Of a stretch of 64,000 nt of DNA, positions 47,210-58,287 are shown piece after piece; positions within the stretch are counted from its first letter, which is position 1; the number at the start of each line of letters is the position of its first letter. The notes beneath the pieces were generated by a model, which saw only the letters and a program-made list of their open reading frames with translations, was not told the DNA's origin and did no database searches. The translations under genes were made by a program, and so were the position numbers. Source of the stretch: Adineta vaga (lineage: Eukaryota; Animalia; Rotifera); NCBI GenBank assembly GCA_021613535.1, contig CP075495.1:3968001-4032000 (forward strand), in the 5' to 3' direction.

Positions 47210-50200
47210 ATGGCAGACAATAATCAAATAACTGATATAACTAATATTCTGATAATTCTTTCTAATGAAGAAGAATTAATAATTAAACCTTTTCAATCCA
47301 GTACGCTATGAATATGTTTTATTTTCTATCGTGTTGTTTTTCTTTGCGATTCTTTTAGCATCTGTAAATGATATTGGAGCAATTGAATGTGGAAAAATTG
47401 TCTCTCGAATAAATAAACCTTTATTTGATTATCAAATTGGTAAAATTTCACATAGAAATTGTTAATTTCAAGTTTGCAAATGTGTTTCTTTTCATAGGTG
47501 ATAAAACGAATACATCCGTGTTTAATTCGGTATTTACCCAACGAATTATTTTAACTAATCCTGGAACAAAACAAGTGAGTGTATAGTTATCGAAGAATTC
47601 TTCTTTCATTTTTATACTCTACGTGAATATTTATTAATTTAGATTGTTTTCGAATTCTATCAGAATCGTCTTCCACAATTTTGTCAAATTTGCTGTAAAC
47701 AAGAGGTTCAATGTAGATCAATCATATCCAATGAAAGTGTAGTTGTTGGTTCAGTTCGACAAGGGTATGTTCAAATGAAAAACTACTTTATTTATAGCAG
47801 AGAACAAAGAAGAAGAAGAAGCGGTAATAAGAAAGAAATTTCTTAGATAGTTATTCGTGACGATGATTGAAGTTTTGCTAAATTTTTAAGATATAAATGT
47901 AATAATCGATAAGTTGATTCAGCAACCATTCCAATATCTTTATCGGCATAGAATGTAAAACCATTCAATTCTTCTTGACGCATATCAAATGCATCAGAAC
48001 CCGGAGGAAGTTCAACAGAAAATGTATGTGGAATTTGTGCAATTGCTTTAGCCCAATCTTCACTCGTACCTGTTGCAGGATAGAGTACCGTTGATGATTG
48101 ACCAATTCTAAATGTATTCGAACTTAATCGATTCATTTCAGAAAGTAAACGTTCAGTACGATGAAAATCATATGGACGTATACGAGTTGTAAATGAAAAT
48201 GGTAACATCCAGAAATTTCCGAAAGCATGTAGAGTTATAAATGAATGGAAATAACGTCGACGTTTTAATATAAATGAAGTTATCGCACGAACTTCAGGTT
48301 CAGATTCAGGATAAGGTCCACGATAAGTTTCTTCGCTGAATTTCGATTTAAAAAAAGAGGCAAAGAACGAAATAGTTCAGTTCAAAAAAAAAGAGAAAAT
48401 TATTACCAGGGAAATTTTGATGCACCTCGATTATCCCATGCAAATGGAAAATTTCGATTTAAGTCTACTCCTGGACAATCAGCATGTGGTCGTCGATTTT
48501 TTCTCCACATTCGTTGTTGATCGTGCTGTTCTTCTGTATCCCAAACTTTTCCGACATCGTCATGTGTATAAACATAACCATCAGGATTAACAACAGGCAT
48601 AAAATAAAAATCATACGAATCAATTAGTTTTCTTACGTCAGCATCACGTGCTAATGTACCATTTATTAATCGAGCGATTGTATAGAGAACAGTTGCAGTA
48701 GAAATCCATTCTCTTGCATGTATACCACCATCGAGCCAAATAGAACGACGATTACTTCGAAATGGCATCAGGCCAATTTTAGCGACAATTATTGAACGAT
48801 TTTCATGAGTATGACCAATAATTTCATAGGCAAAAAACCGTGAAATATTTGGATGTTGAGAGAGTTCATTAAACCAACGAATTATTGTTGGATAACGAGG
48901 ATACTGATCAATGATTTCAGAAAATGATGGTACAGTATCTAACCAAGATGGATGTGAAGAAATAGTCGAACCTAAATAAGAATAACGATTGATTTTTGTA
49001 AAAAATAAAAGTGAGATTTACTTGTTGAAGAAGTAGTAGTAGTAGTGGTGGTCGTAGTTGTCGTCGTCGTCGTCACTGTTGTTCTAGTTGTAGTTGTAGT
49101 TGATGAAAAAGCAAATTTAGTTGATGCGGTAAAACTTCGTGGTACAGTGGGTGGTGGTGGTCTATTCGTGTATGTTGGTAATTTAGGAAATCGTTCATAA
49201 AACGATTGAGTTGTTGTGTGAATTGATTGCCACCATGAACGTTGTGTTGATCGAAAACTACTACTACTAGTAACTGTATCCACTGGATCATAAACATTAA
49301 TAATGATTCCAAAATGTTGAGGTGTTGGATGTGATGTTGTTGATATTAATCTTGTTCGATTTCTTCGTCGATAACGATGACGTCTATACGTTTGTTCTGT
49401 TGTTGATGTTGGATGAAAGAAATACGTTGTTCGACTTGTAAGAAATTCGTTTCCATACGCATGCTGATTTCTTGGAGAAACAGTTTCAATTGGTACCGCT
49501 GTTGGATGATTCGTTCTTGATAAAGGTATCCCATCATAGAAATGTTTTGGTGCCATAAAATTCTGTCGATTGATTTGATTCCATGATGAATTATGAAAAT
49601 ATTGATATTGTGCTGTTAATAATGCTATTAAATTCGAAAACCAAATCGAATAAGAAAGTATATTTGTCATGAAATCGTTCTCTTTTTTTCCCTTGTTCTT
49701 ACTGATGAAATAATCTCAATTGATTACAATAATAAAAAAGAAAAAGAAATAAGAAAATCATTCTTTGACATTTGATTAGTCAATGCCATTTGCACATTGA
49801 TTTTTTGCTTTCATTAGATCGAAAGATAAAAATTACCAATCGGAATTTTGATGTAATCTGAACAGTTTGATTTATTCATTCTTTTCTCTTTTCTTTTTTC
49901 ATTACAGAATGGCATTTGCAAAAGTATGGTATGATATATATGATAATAGACGTGAACATGTAGCAAGTGTAATATTACGTAAAAGTCATTTACGAGGTAA
50001 AATTCAACATCGTGTACCAGAATTTGAAATAATTGGTAATGATGAAACGACAAGTATTGGAAGAATTTATCCGTTTTCAACTGATCTTGAAAGAACAGAA
50101 TATGGACAAGCTGTAGCAGTCAAAAGTATATTTCATTTTAATTATTCTTTAGACAATCGTTCTTTTTGTTTTTTTTGAAGTTCCACTTGACATGAAAATG

Positions 50201-50317
50201 GAAACAAAAGCTACATTATTAATGGCAACACTTTTTCTTGTATGTAATTGATAATCAATTAGCATGTTAAAACTTAGATTCTATTTTTATCTATTGTAGA
50301 AATCACGGCTGGCTTAA
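47210..50317 (+). CDS. Phospholipid scramblase (PLSCR/tubby-C)-like protein, 7 exons; intron 4 (47765-49907) hosts a nested antisense gene
   Basis: Spliced frame MADNNQ...FCQICCKQEVQC...VVGSVRQG|MAFAKVWYDIYDNRREHV...FEIIGNDETTSIGRI...IPLDMKMETKATLLMATLFL|KSRLA* matches the scramblase pattern CC.Q...IG.V.Q...F.I...G.I...FPLDLD...KA. Splice phases are consistent. Confidence 0.75.
47843..49670 (-). CDS. M14A zinc metallocarboxypeptidase with a long Thr/Arg-rich N-terminal extension, 3 exons; nested in the scramblase intron
   Basis: Motifs IWLDGGIHAREWIS, PVVNPDGY, WRKNR, GVDLNRNF, TYRGPYPESEPE, TLHAFG, YPATGTSEDW and FSVELP. Introns at 49021-48972 and 48406-~48336. Confidence 0.92.
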
Positions 50318-51431
50318 TGAAATCGATTGTAAACACGACCTACTATCGAGAATTTCATTTTGATTTTGTATATATCACGAAAGTGATCAATCTTATTGAA
50401 TGTACTCCTGTTTCTTTTTTTTTTATAAGTAATAATCGTTGAATTTTTCTTATTTGTTAATTATCTTTTGAAATCATATTATATTTTTAATTGTTTGATA
50501 AGTAGTGACAGGTATTTATTACTTTATCTTTTATAGACATTGTCATCATATTCTATTTGCAGAAGGTTGTCAGTTGCCAACTAATTCTTCGAATTTTTCT
50601 AATATTTTCTCGTCATAAGACTCGATATTTACTGCTTAGAAAAGATTTTCGTATCAATTATGTATTTGAGATATGTATATTCTCTTGATAGAATGTCTGT
50701 TATCTTGACAAATGACTTGTTATTGAGAAGAGAAAATAATCAAACACATATTATAGCGATTGAAAATAGAAAAGAAACTTTTAACTGATATTTGTCATTT
50801 GTTTCTCTTCTACTCGCAGAATGTCATTGAGAAGATTCATATGTTCTTTATCAATCGACAAGTATCACACAAGGAAAAAGAAACGAGAAGAAAGGACCTT
50901 GTCTTTAGATCTGATTACATCATCAATGTCTATATCAATCTAAGAATGAAAGATTAATTTATAAAGCAAAAATCATGACAGGTTTATTTCAAATCTGTTT
51001 CATTTCAAATGAAAATCTTTTGAACCATTTTCAGTATTTTATTTGATCTACATATGAAATTTCCCGTAGGATGAAGTAAAGAAGATTGACATAAAGGCAA
51101 TTAGACAAGCATGTGAGACGCGTCGTCAATAACGAAGGCGAAGGTTGATAAAGTAAGTGGAAGAGGAGAGCACAGTGGAAATAAAGAGACAGAGAGGGAG
51201 AAGAATATCAGTATAAACTCTCCTACTGACAGCTGTTTGTTTATTATTATCCTCATTATTAAGCGATTCTTATTAGAATAAACGATGCATTTCGACGGGC
51301 ATCAGACAGATTTTAACGATGTAAGAAAAAAATGTCGATCATCTGAAAATAATTATTAAGCAATTGATCAGATCAGCAAATAAATATATATATATATATA
51401 GAAAGAGAAAGAGAGATCGAAATCAATCTGA

Positions 51432-53120
51432 ATGGCTTCATCAACATATGATATACTTGGTCAAAAGTTATTTGATGGTACAACAAAACGAATTTATTCA
51501 ATGATTGATCAACCAGGTCTTATTTGTATCTATCGAAAAGATAATTATCGTTCATCTGGAAAAACATTCTGTATACCCGGTAGCCGTCGATCAAGTGTTG
51601 ATAGTTCAATTCGTTTTAATCAACAACAACTTCAAAGTCTTCATAATAATCCGAATCTATTAGATGAAATACCTGGTAAAGGTGCATTAACAACATCCAT
51701 TACAACTTGTGTATATGAAATCTTACGTGAAACATCAATTCCAACATTTTATGTTGCACCACATCCACAACCAGATATGTTTATTGCACGAAAATGTACA
51801 ATGATTCCTATTCTATGGATTGTACGACGTTTAGCAAATGAAACATATGTAAAACGTAATCCCGGAATTGCAAATGGTCATCGATTTGTTCCACCGATTG
51901 TTGAAATTTATCACAAACGTCATCCTGTTGTTTATCGACGTTTAACTATTGGAAATCTTGATGAACATCTCGAATCTTCACGTGAAAGTTTAGTTGATGA
52001 TTCGGATTCGGATTCGGATGAATGTTTTTCATGTATATGGTCCTATGAACAACTTCTTAATGCACATTTTGATATTGAAAATTTGAAAATAAGTCAAACT
52101 GAAATCGAATATATGTATGAAACATGTTGTACAATTTTCGATATTCTCGAACATATATGGATGGTTAAAAAGAATTGTCAATTAATTGATTTAAAAATTG
52201 AATTTGGTATAACAACAACCATGCCAAAAGAAATTGTTGTTGCAAATACATTTGATACAGAAACATGGCATATTCTACGACCAATGGAAAAAACATTATC
52301 AACAGGTTTAGATTTAATTCAAGAAAACCTTATTTGGATTAATACAGCTTTACGAGATATCTTAGATCTAAATAATAAAATTTCATTACCATCAAAACTT
52401 GATCCACGACGACGAAGTTTTGCACAACAAAAGCAATTATCAACTTTAGACGATGTTGACACCGATGAAGAAGATCCTTCAGTTAATAGTATTATTCCCG
52501 AAAATGATCATATCAATGCTCATAGAGATATGTTATCAAATATGTATAAATCATCATTTTCGGCATCAATGACAAGTCGTTGTATTGTTGTTTGTTCATC
52601 ATCGATCGATATTGAACATGCACAAAAAATTAAAATCACATTGAATGAAATCTATAATGTCCAATGTGATATTCGTCTTTGTTCAATCTATAAATCAACA
52701 AAAAGTGTTTTGAAATTTCTATCTAATTATGTTTATGAACATTGTCGACCAACAATATTTATTACACTGGGAAATATAAATAATGGTTTAGCAATGTGTT
52801 TATCATCGAATTCTCCTTATCCAGTTATTCATTGTTCATTAATGAATATTGATCAACAAAATAATCTTTTTGATATCAATTCATATTTATCATCGGATAC
52901 ATCAATGTTTACTGTTGTTTTTACATTATCAAGTGCAATACAAAATGTGATACAAATTCTATCTATAAACGATTGGAGATTATGGACAAAACAGCGTGGA
53001 AAACGTTTGAAAAATTATCTGGATCTATTAATTGCTGATCAACAACTAACAACAATAAGTTCAACAGCAATATCACAACAAACAAATAAAACAAATAGTG
53101 GTATTTTAACAAATAAATAA
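51432..53120 (+). CDS. Divergent PAICS/ADE2-like (SAICAR synthetase + AIR carboxylase) protein, probably catalytically inactive; intronless
   Basis: Collinear with animal PAICS: LGQKLFDGTTK, GKGAL, CTMIPI.WIVRR, KRNPG, F.PP.VE, WSYEQLL, IF.ILE..W, LIDLKIEFG, then the AIRc domain (NGLA...N.PYPVI). Key residues are substituted. Confidence 0.85.
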   Translation: MASSTYDILGQKLFDGTTKRIYSMIDQPGLICIYRKDNYRSSGKTFCIPGSRRSSVDSSIRFNQQQLQSLHNNPNLLDEIPGKGALTTSITTCVYEILRETSIPTFYVAPHPQPDMFIARKCTMIPILWIVRRLANETYVKRNPGIANGHRFVPPIVEIYHKRHPVVYRRLTIGNLDEHLESSRESLVDDSDSDSDECFSCIWSYEQLLNAHFDIENLKISQTEIEYMYETCCTIFDILEHIWMVKKNCQLIDLKIEFGITTTMPKEIVVANTFDTETWHILRPMEKTLSTGLDLIQENLIWINTALRDILDLNNKISLPSKLDPRRRSFAQQKQLSTLDDVDTDEEDPSVNSIIPENDHINAHRDMLSNMYKSSFSASMTSRCIVVCSSSIDIEHAQKIKITLNEIYNVQCDIRLCSIYKSTKSVLKFLSNYVYEHCRPTIFITLGNINNGLAMCLSSNSPYPVIHCSLMNIDQQNNLFDINSYLSSDTSMFTVVFTLSSAIQNVIQILSINDWRLWTKQRGKRLKNYLDLLIADQQLTTISSTAISQQTNKTNSGILTNK

Positions 53121-53392
53121 ACAAGAATTTTTTTCTTTTGTCTTATTCTAAACTATATATTTTTGTTGTTGTTGCTGTATTCTAATTTCTTATCATCTAT
53201 ATTTTGTTATCCAATATCAAAGTGAGAGAGAGAGAGAGAGAAAAAAAGTAAAAGATTCTTCGTCAAGATGACAATATATTTTCATTCTTTAGTTAGTGAT
53301 AAAGCATTTTCGAATCTTGATAAAGTCACGATAATTGAAACAGTATCTCTTCTTCGTTCTTTTCAAGTTTATTTCATCATCGACAAGACAAA

Positions 53393-54538
53393 ATGCATAT
53401 CATCTTGTCTCTTGCGGTACTGTCTATTCTTGGTAATGGTGTATATATGCATATATGTATGTGGGCACCAATTCAACGTGGTCAATTTGATATATCCGTA
53501 CCAGGAGCTCATCCATGTTATCGTAAAATAGGACCATGTGGTAATATAAATGCCTCATCATCTTCTCCACGAACATCATTAGTAGCAGGAAGCAAATATA
53601 AAGTTGAATTTCAACAAAATTTGAATCACTATTATACAGGCAAACCTGGTGCACTCGATATTACATTTGCTGTTGGTCTTAATCCATCGGAAAATGATTT
53701 TCGTGTACTTCATTCATTTTCCGATTATAATGCTATGAATCAAATAACACAAACAAATTTTTCCATTGAAATTGATTTACCCAATCAAGCATGTGATGAA
53801 TGTGTTTTACGTGTACGTTATTTATCAAATAATCCCGAAGAAGATGATCATGGAACTGTTTTTCATCAATGTTCAGATATAAAATTAACTCAATCATCTT
53901 TAAATGTATTAAAGCAACAAGAAGAAAAAGAAGAAAAAATTGAAAAAGAACTTATTCAACATCAAGAAGATCCGCATGATTGTTGTGCACCAGAAAGTTA
54001 TCTCAATGGATTTTTTCATGTTATTCCTGCGATTGATTATCGTGCGGAAGGTTTAATTTTTTATGATCAAAAAGCCAAACAAATGCGCGTCATTGTGACA
54101 ACTAACGGTGGTCGTGGTAATACAACATTCGATGGAACATTTGATATGTGGATGAATTTTACATCTGGCCGTCAATATTATTATAATCGTAATACTGGCG
54201 CATGTGATCTTTATGGATTAGATTATTGGAATGATTGGTGTTTCGGTAATAAATATAATCAAACTGAAGATTTTGTTGCTGCTGATGTTCAATGTACATC
54301 TCCATATGGGCCAAGTCGTCATTGTCATCAATGGCGTAATGGAGAATTTCTTTTTGAAACCCTTGCTACATCTGATTGTTTACCATCCAGTATTTCTCGA
54401 CCAAGTGGTGAACGAATTGACTACATTAAAGGATCCATTGGACCAATACCACCATCAACATTCGTGCCCAATCCCGTTTGTGTTAAACAAAAAAAAGTTA
54501 AACATGCATCAAAGCGATGGATGAAAATGCATTTCTAA
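53393..54538 (+). CDS. Secreted fusion of an N-terminal histidine-brace (LPMO/X325-like) copper domain and a C-terminal ependymin-related domain; intronless
   Basis: Signal peptide then H-I-C-M..P.QRG, PCG, QNLNHY..PG, LP...CDECVLRVRY, FHQCSDI. A charged linker follows, then CCAP...IFYDQKAKQMRV...GRQYYY...C...CLP...GPIPPSTFVPNPVC (ependymin pattern). Confidence 0.72.
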   Translation: MHIILSLAVLSILGNGVYMHICMWAPIQRGQFDISVPGAHPCYRKIGPCGNINASSSSPRTSLVAGSKYKVEFQQNLNHYYTGKPGALDITFAVGLNPSENDFRVLHSFSDYNAMNQITQTNFSIEIDLPNQACDECVLRVRYLSNNPEEDDHGTVFHQCSDIKLTQSSLNVLKQQEEKEEKIEKELIQHQEDPHDCCAPESYLNGFFHVIPAIDYRAEGLIFYDQKAKQMRVIVTTNGGRGNTTFDGTFDMWMNFTSGRQYYYNRNTGACDLYGLDYWNDWCFGNKYNQTEDFVAADVQCTSPYGPSRHCHQWRNGEFLFETLATSDCLPSSISRPSGERIDYIKGSIGPIPPSTFVPNPVCVKQKKVKHASKRWMKMHF

Positions 54539-54685
54539 ATTCGAATCTTTCTATATCGAGAATATTTTCCTTCTTTTATTTTGATTTTTGACAAAAAAAG
54601 AAAAACGAAAAACAACAATACAAAATACAGAAAAGAAATTCAAGTTATATGTGTAAAACTCTATTGAAGAAAATGTTGAGACGTT

Positions 54686-57073
54686 TTAGACTTGTGTACT
54701 ACTGATTTGAATATGATGATAACCATCTTCATCATCATCTTCATCCGGTGTAACAATATCATTTGGATTTCTAGTTGATAATTTAGTTAAAAATCGTCGC
54801 GGCTTTTGATTGACTTTTGTAACTTGATCAAAAACAGGATTTTGTATAATTGGTTGATCCATTTCAGGATCTTCATCATCCGACTCTTGTGCTAATGTTA
54901 AATATGGATTGTTTGGTGCTGGTTGAAATTTATAAGCTGTAAATGTAAAGAATATAAATGTTGTTAATTCAAAACAGACAACTTCAAGCCATTCAAAACG
55001 AAATGGTACTGTTAATTTTACAATATAAACAACAATTCGAGTTAAATAGATATAGAAGACAATCTAAATACAAAGAATATTTAATGAATATCAAATTGAA
55101 TACGAAACCAAATCAAGTATGAATAACAAACCATGAAATAAAATTGTCGGAAGATTTTTAATTTACTTAAACTATTCAATGCTTTTCCATCAGTTTTTGC
55201 TGATTGTTCGAGATGTCTTATTGACCTACAGAAAAGAATATTTTGTCTTTTAATAAATTCATACTAGAATAGAACGTACCAAACAATTGGAAATAAAATT
55301 GCACCACAACATAAAAGATCAACAATAAACCAGATTTGTCTCCATGTTACATAAACAACATCACTTTCTTCTTTCTCTTCTAGAAATATTTGTGCAACGA
55401 CAGCTAAAATCTTTAATAAATCGAAAAACAAAAACTAGATTATCATTTAATAAAATAGATTTTCGAATATTTACTTGGAGTGGAATAGCAATAATAAATA
55501 ATTTTCTTTCACGGTCCGAAACAACATGTTTAATAAATGTAAATCCCGTTCCAACGAGTAAAATAGCAACAATTAAAAGTAGACCACGTAAACTAGACGA
55601 AGAAAATAGTCAATAATTAAAATGAAATCTAATTATTTAACTTACACGTGCGTAATATAGAAGAGAATAGCCCATGCTTCCTCATGTCTACCTTTAATTG
55701 CTATATAATGATGGTTGATCTAATTCAAATGAAAATGGTCAAGGAGAATTAAATAACATTCAAACCTACTCCATGAAAAATTAAAGATAAGGCTTTTGTA
55801 AGAACAAGAAATAACATTAGATAATGAATTTTATAAACCGGATGTCTAAAAGAAACGAAACATTAAGAAAATATTTTTGAATCCTTCGAAACTTGGAATT
55901 TACTTCGATGTTTTTAAAACAAATATCCAATAAAATCCCGAAAGAAAATAAATAACAGCCCACGTAAAATAAAGTACAGGTAAAGGTATTTCACCAGCTG
56001 AAAGATAATTGTCTAAATTTTTTTCAATTAATATTGCCTAAAACAATCAAAATCAATATGATCATTTTTCTATGAGAAGAAAACGTTTTTTGTACCGTTA
56101 AATTAATAGGTAATAATCCTGGATTTAATCCAGTATTTGTTCTATTAAGACAATTATGAAAATATAGATTGTATAGACCTTCTTCTGCTTTCTTCTTAAT
56201 TATGATTTGAAACTAAACAAAAAAAGTTAAAGTTATTCGAATGATTTGCATCAAAAATGAAAATGTAGTTTACTTGGAAATGAAATCGATTTAAACTTCC
56301 ATCGATTCGTTCAATAGGAATTTGTTTAACAAGTGTTTCATTCGTTTTTATCATTTGAGTTACATTTGATGTTAATGTTTGATCTACAAAAATAAATGCA
56401 ATAAAGCAGTACTTTCTTTTTCAAACTTACTTATACTCGTATGTTTTTCATATTGAATTTCCAAATATTCAAAATCGGATGTATATCGTTCAATTAGAAT
56501 TCTAAATTATGCACAAAAAAAACATCAGATAAATTTCACGAATAATAAGACGAGAAGAGATAGCATACTTGGGTTTATCCGATTTATGATCAATTATAAA
56601 ATGTACATGAGGAATTTCATTGACTTGATCATTTTGATAGAAACCACATGATTGACTTTTTCGAGTTTGCTAAAAATGAAATTCATATAAAACATGTTTT
56701 TCCTATTCATTCTTTTTGTTAAAATCTTACTAAATAATTTGCAATACCACTCGTTTTAGCTTTATCAATACTAAATCCAAACTAAAAAAGAAAACAAATT
56801 TAACTATTGAGAAATCTTCTTTTCATTTACTAACGATCATATCTTTGCCAATTCCAACACGATCATAAGTAAAATCTGTCACATTAATATTCATTGATCC
56901 ATCACGAAGAAAACCAAATGTACTCAAGAGAATTTGTTGACGATTATCATCCTATGAGATACATCGATCGAAAAATATATGAAAAGAAAGAATTAACTTA
57001 CAATAATATAAAGATTATGAATACGACAATTGATTGCAGAGAATAGAAAGATAAATAAGAAGAATAAAAACAT
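54686..57073 (-). CDS. GPR107: GPR107/GPR108 (lung seven-transmembrane, GOST family) protein, multi-exon
   Basis: CRIH, [88 protein letters not shown] and YKFQPAPNNPY, all read on the minus strand. Ends STQV*. Confidence 0.9.
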
Positions 57074-57310
57074 TTCGTCTTCGTCGACTAGTAAAATCTA
57101 AAACTTTTGTTTAAAATCAAATGAATATTATTCATCATCGTAATCAATCGAACAATTCTATTCTATATTGCTATTATTCACGACCTAAACATCTGACCAA
57201 TGTTAAAAAAACAAAACTGACATCTATCATCCAATGAATAATTTTCATCAAATCTACACATTTTCTTCTTTTTTTCATTAAACACTTACGCTTAGATCAT
57301 TTAACAAAAC

Positions 57311-58057
57311 ATGGGAACTCTAAAGGATCTCTCTTCACTTTCAGAGAATACTTTTCTTCAAGTAATTAAAACTTTTAATGAGAAGAACATATTCTTTTTT
57401 TAATTTACCTTTTAGGTACTTCGAGATATTCTTGATGAGTATTTTCAACGCATTCCATCATCAAAAGAATCTAGTGATATCGATCCACAAATTCGTCGTC
57501 AACTCGAACATATTCTTCGTAGTACTAATCCTTCATCAAATAAAGTACGCGATTGAAACATACAAACAACTTCTATTAAACAATTTTCTTTGCATTTTCA
57601 GATACCAACAGATGAATTACCTGAGCATTTACAAAAATTTTATATGAATTTTATTCATGATTATCGACGTGATATTGAACGATATCATATTTATCATTCT
57701 AGTCAATATATTGATGAATATCGTTTGAAAAATTTTGATTGGAATATTCGAGTAAAGATAAATATCGAATTTAAACGAAAGATAAAATGATTTGTTTATT
57801 TAGATGACTTTACATGATGAACATTTATTTAAATGTCGTTTACCACTTGTGAATCTTGAATTAGAATTAACAAATGAAAATCATTCAAAAAATATTCTTC
57901 TAGAACTAGATGAACAAGAATTGAATAGATTGATTGAAGAAATGACGAAAATCGAACAGGTAAGTTTATGAAAACGCTTTGCTTTAATTCTTCTTCTTCT
58001 TCTTCTTCTTTTTTTCATTAGACAATGAATAATACTAATGTTCTTCTTACTCAATGA
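57311..58057 (+). CDS. COMM-domain protein (COMMD8-like), 5 exons
   Basis: C-terminal COMM motif RLKNFDWNIRMTL...RLPLVNLEL...LLELDEQELNRLIEEM. GT-AG introns are in phase. Confidence 0.8.
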
Positions 58058-58287
58058 TTATTTCCTAGTTTGTATCTTTCCTTATTGCAATAAAACAGTA
58101 TCTTCCATGATTGTTTTTTAAATTATGTAATCAAAACTACTTTTCAAATAAAATATCGAGGAGAAATAAAAACTAGATTTGATATACGAATGAAGATCAT
58201 ATAAAAAAACCAAAATTTATTTCAAGAATATTGTTTAATGTTCGAATAGATCCGCACATATATGTTTACAAAATAATGAAAACAAAA

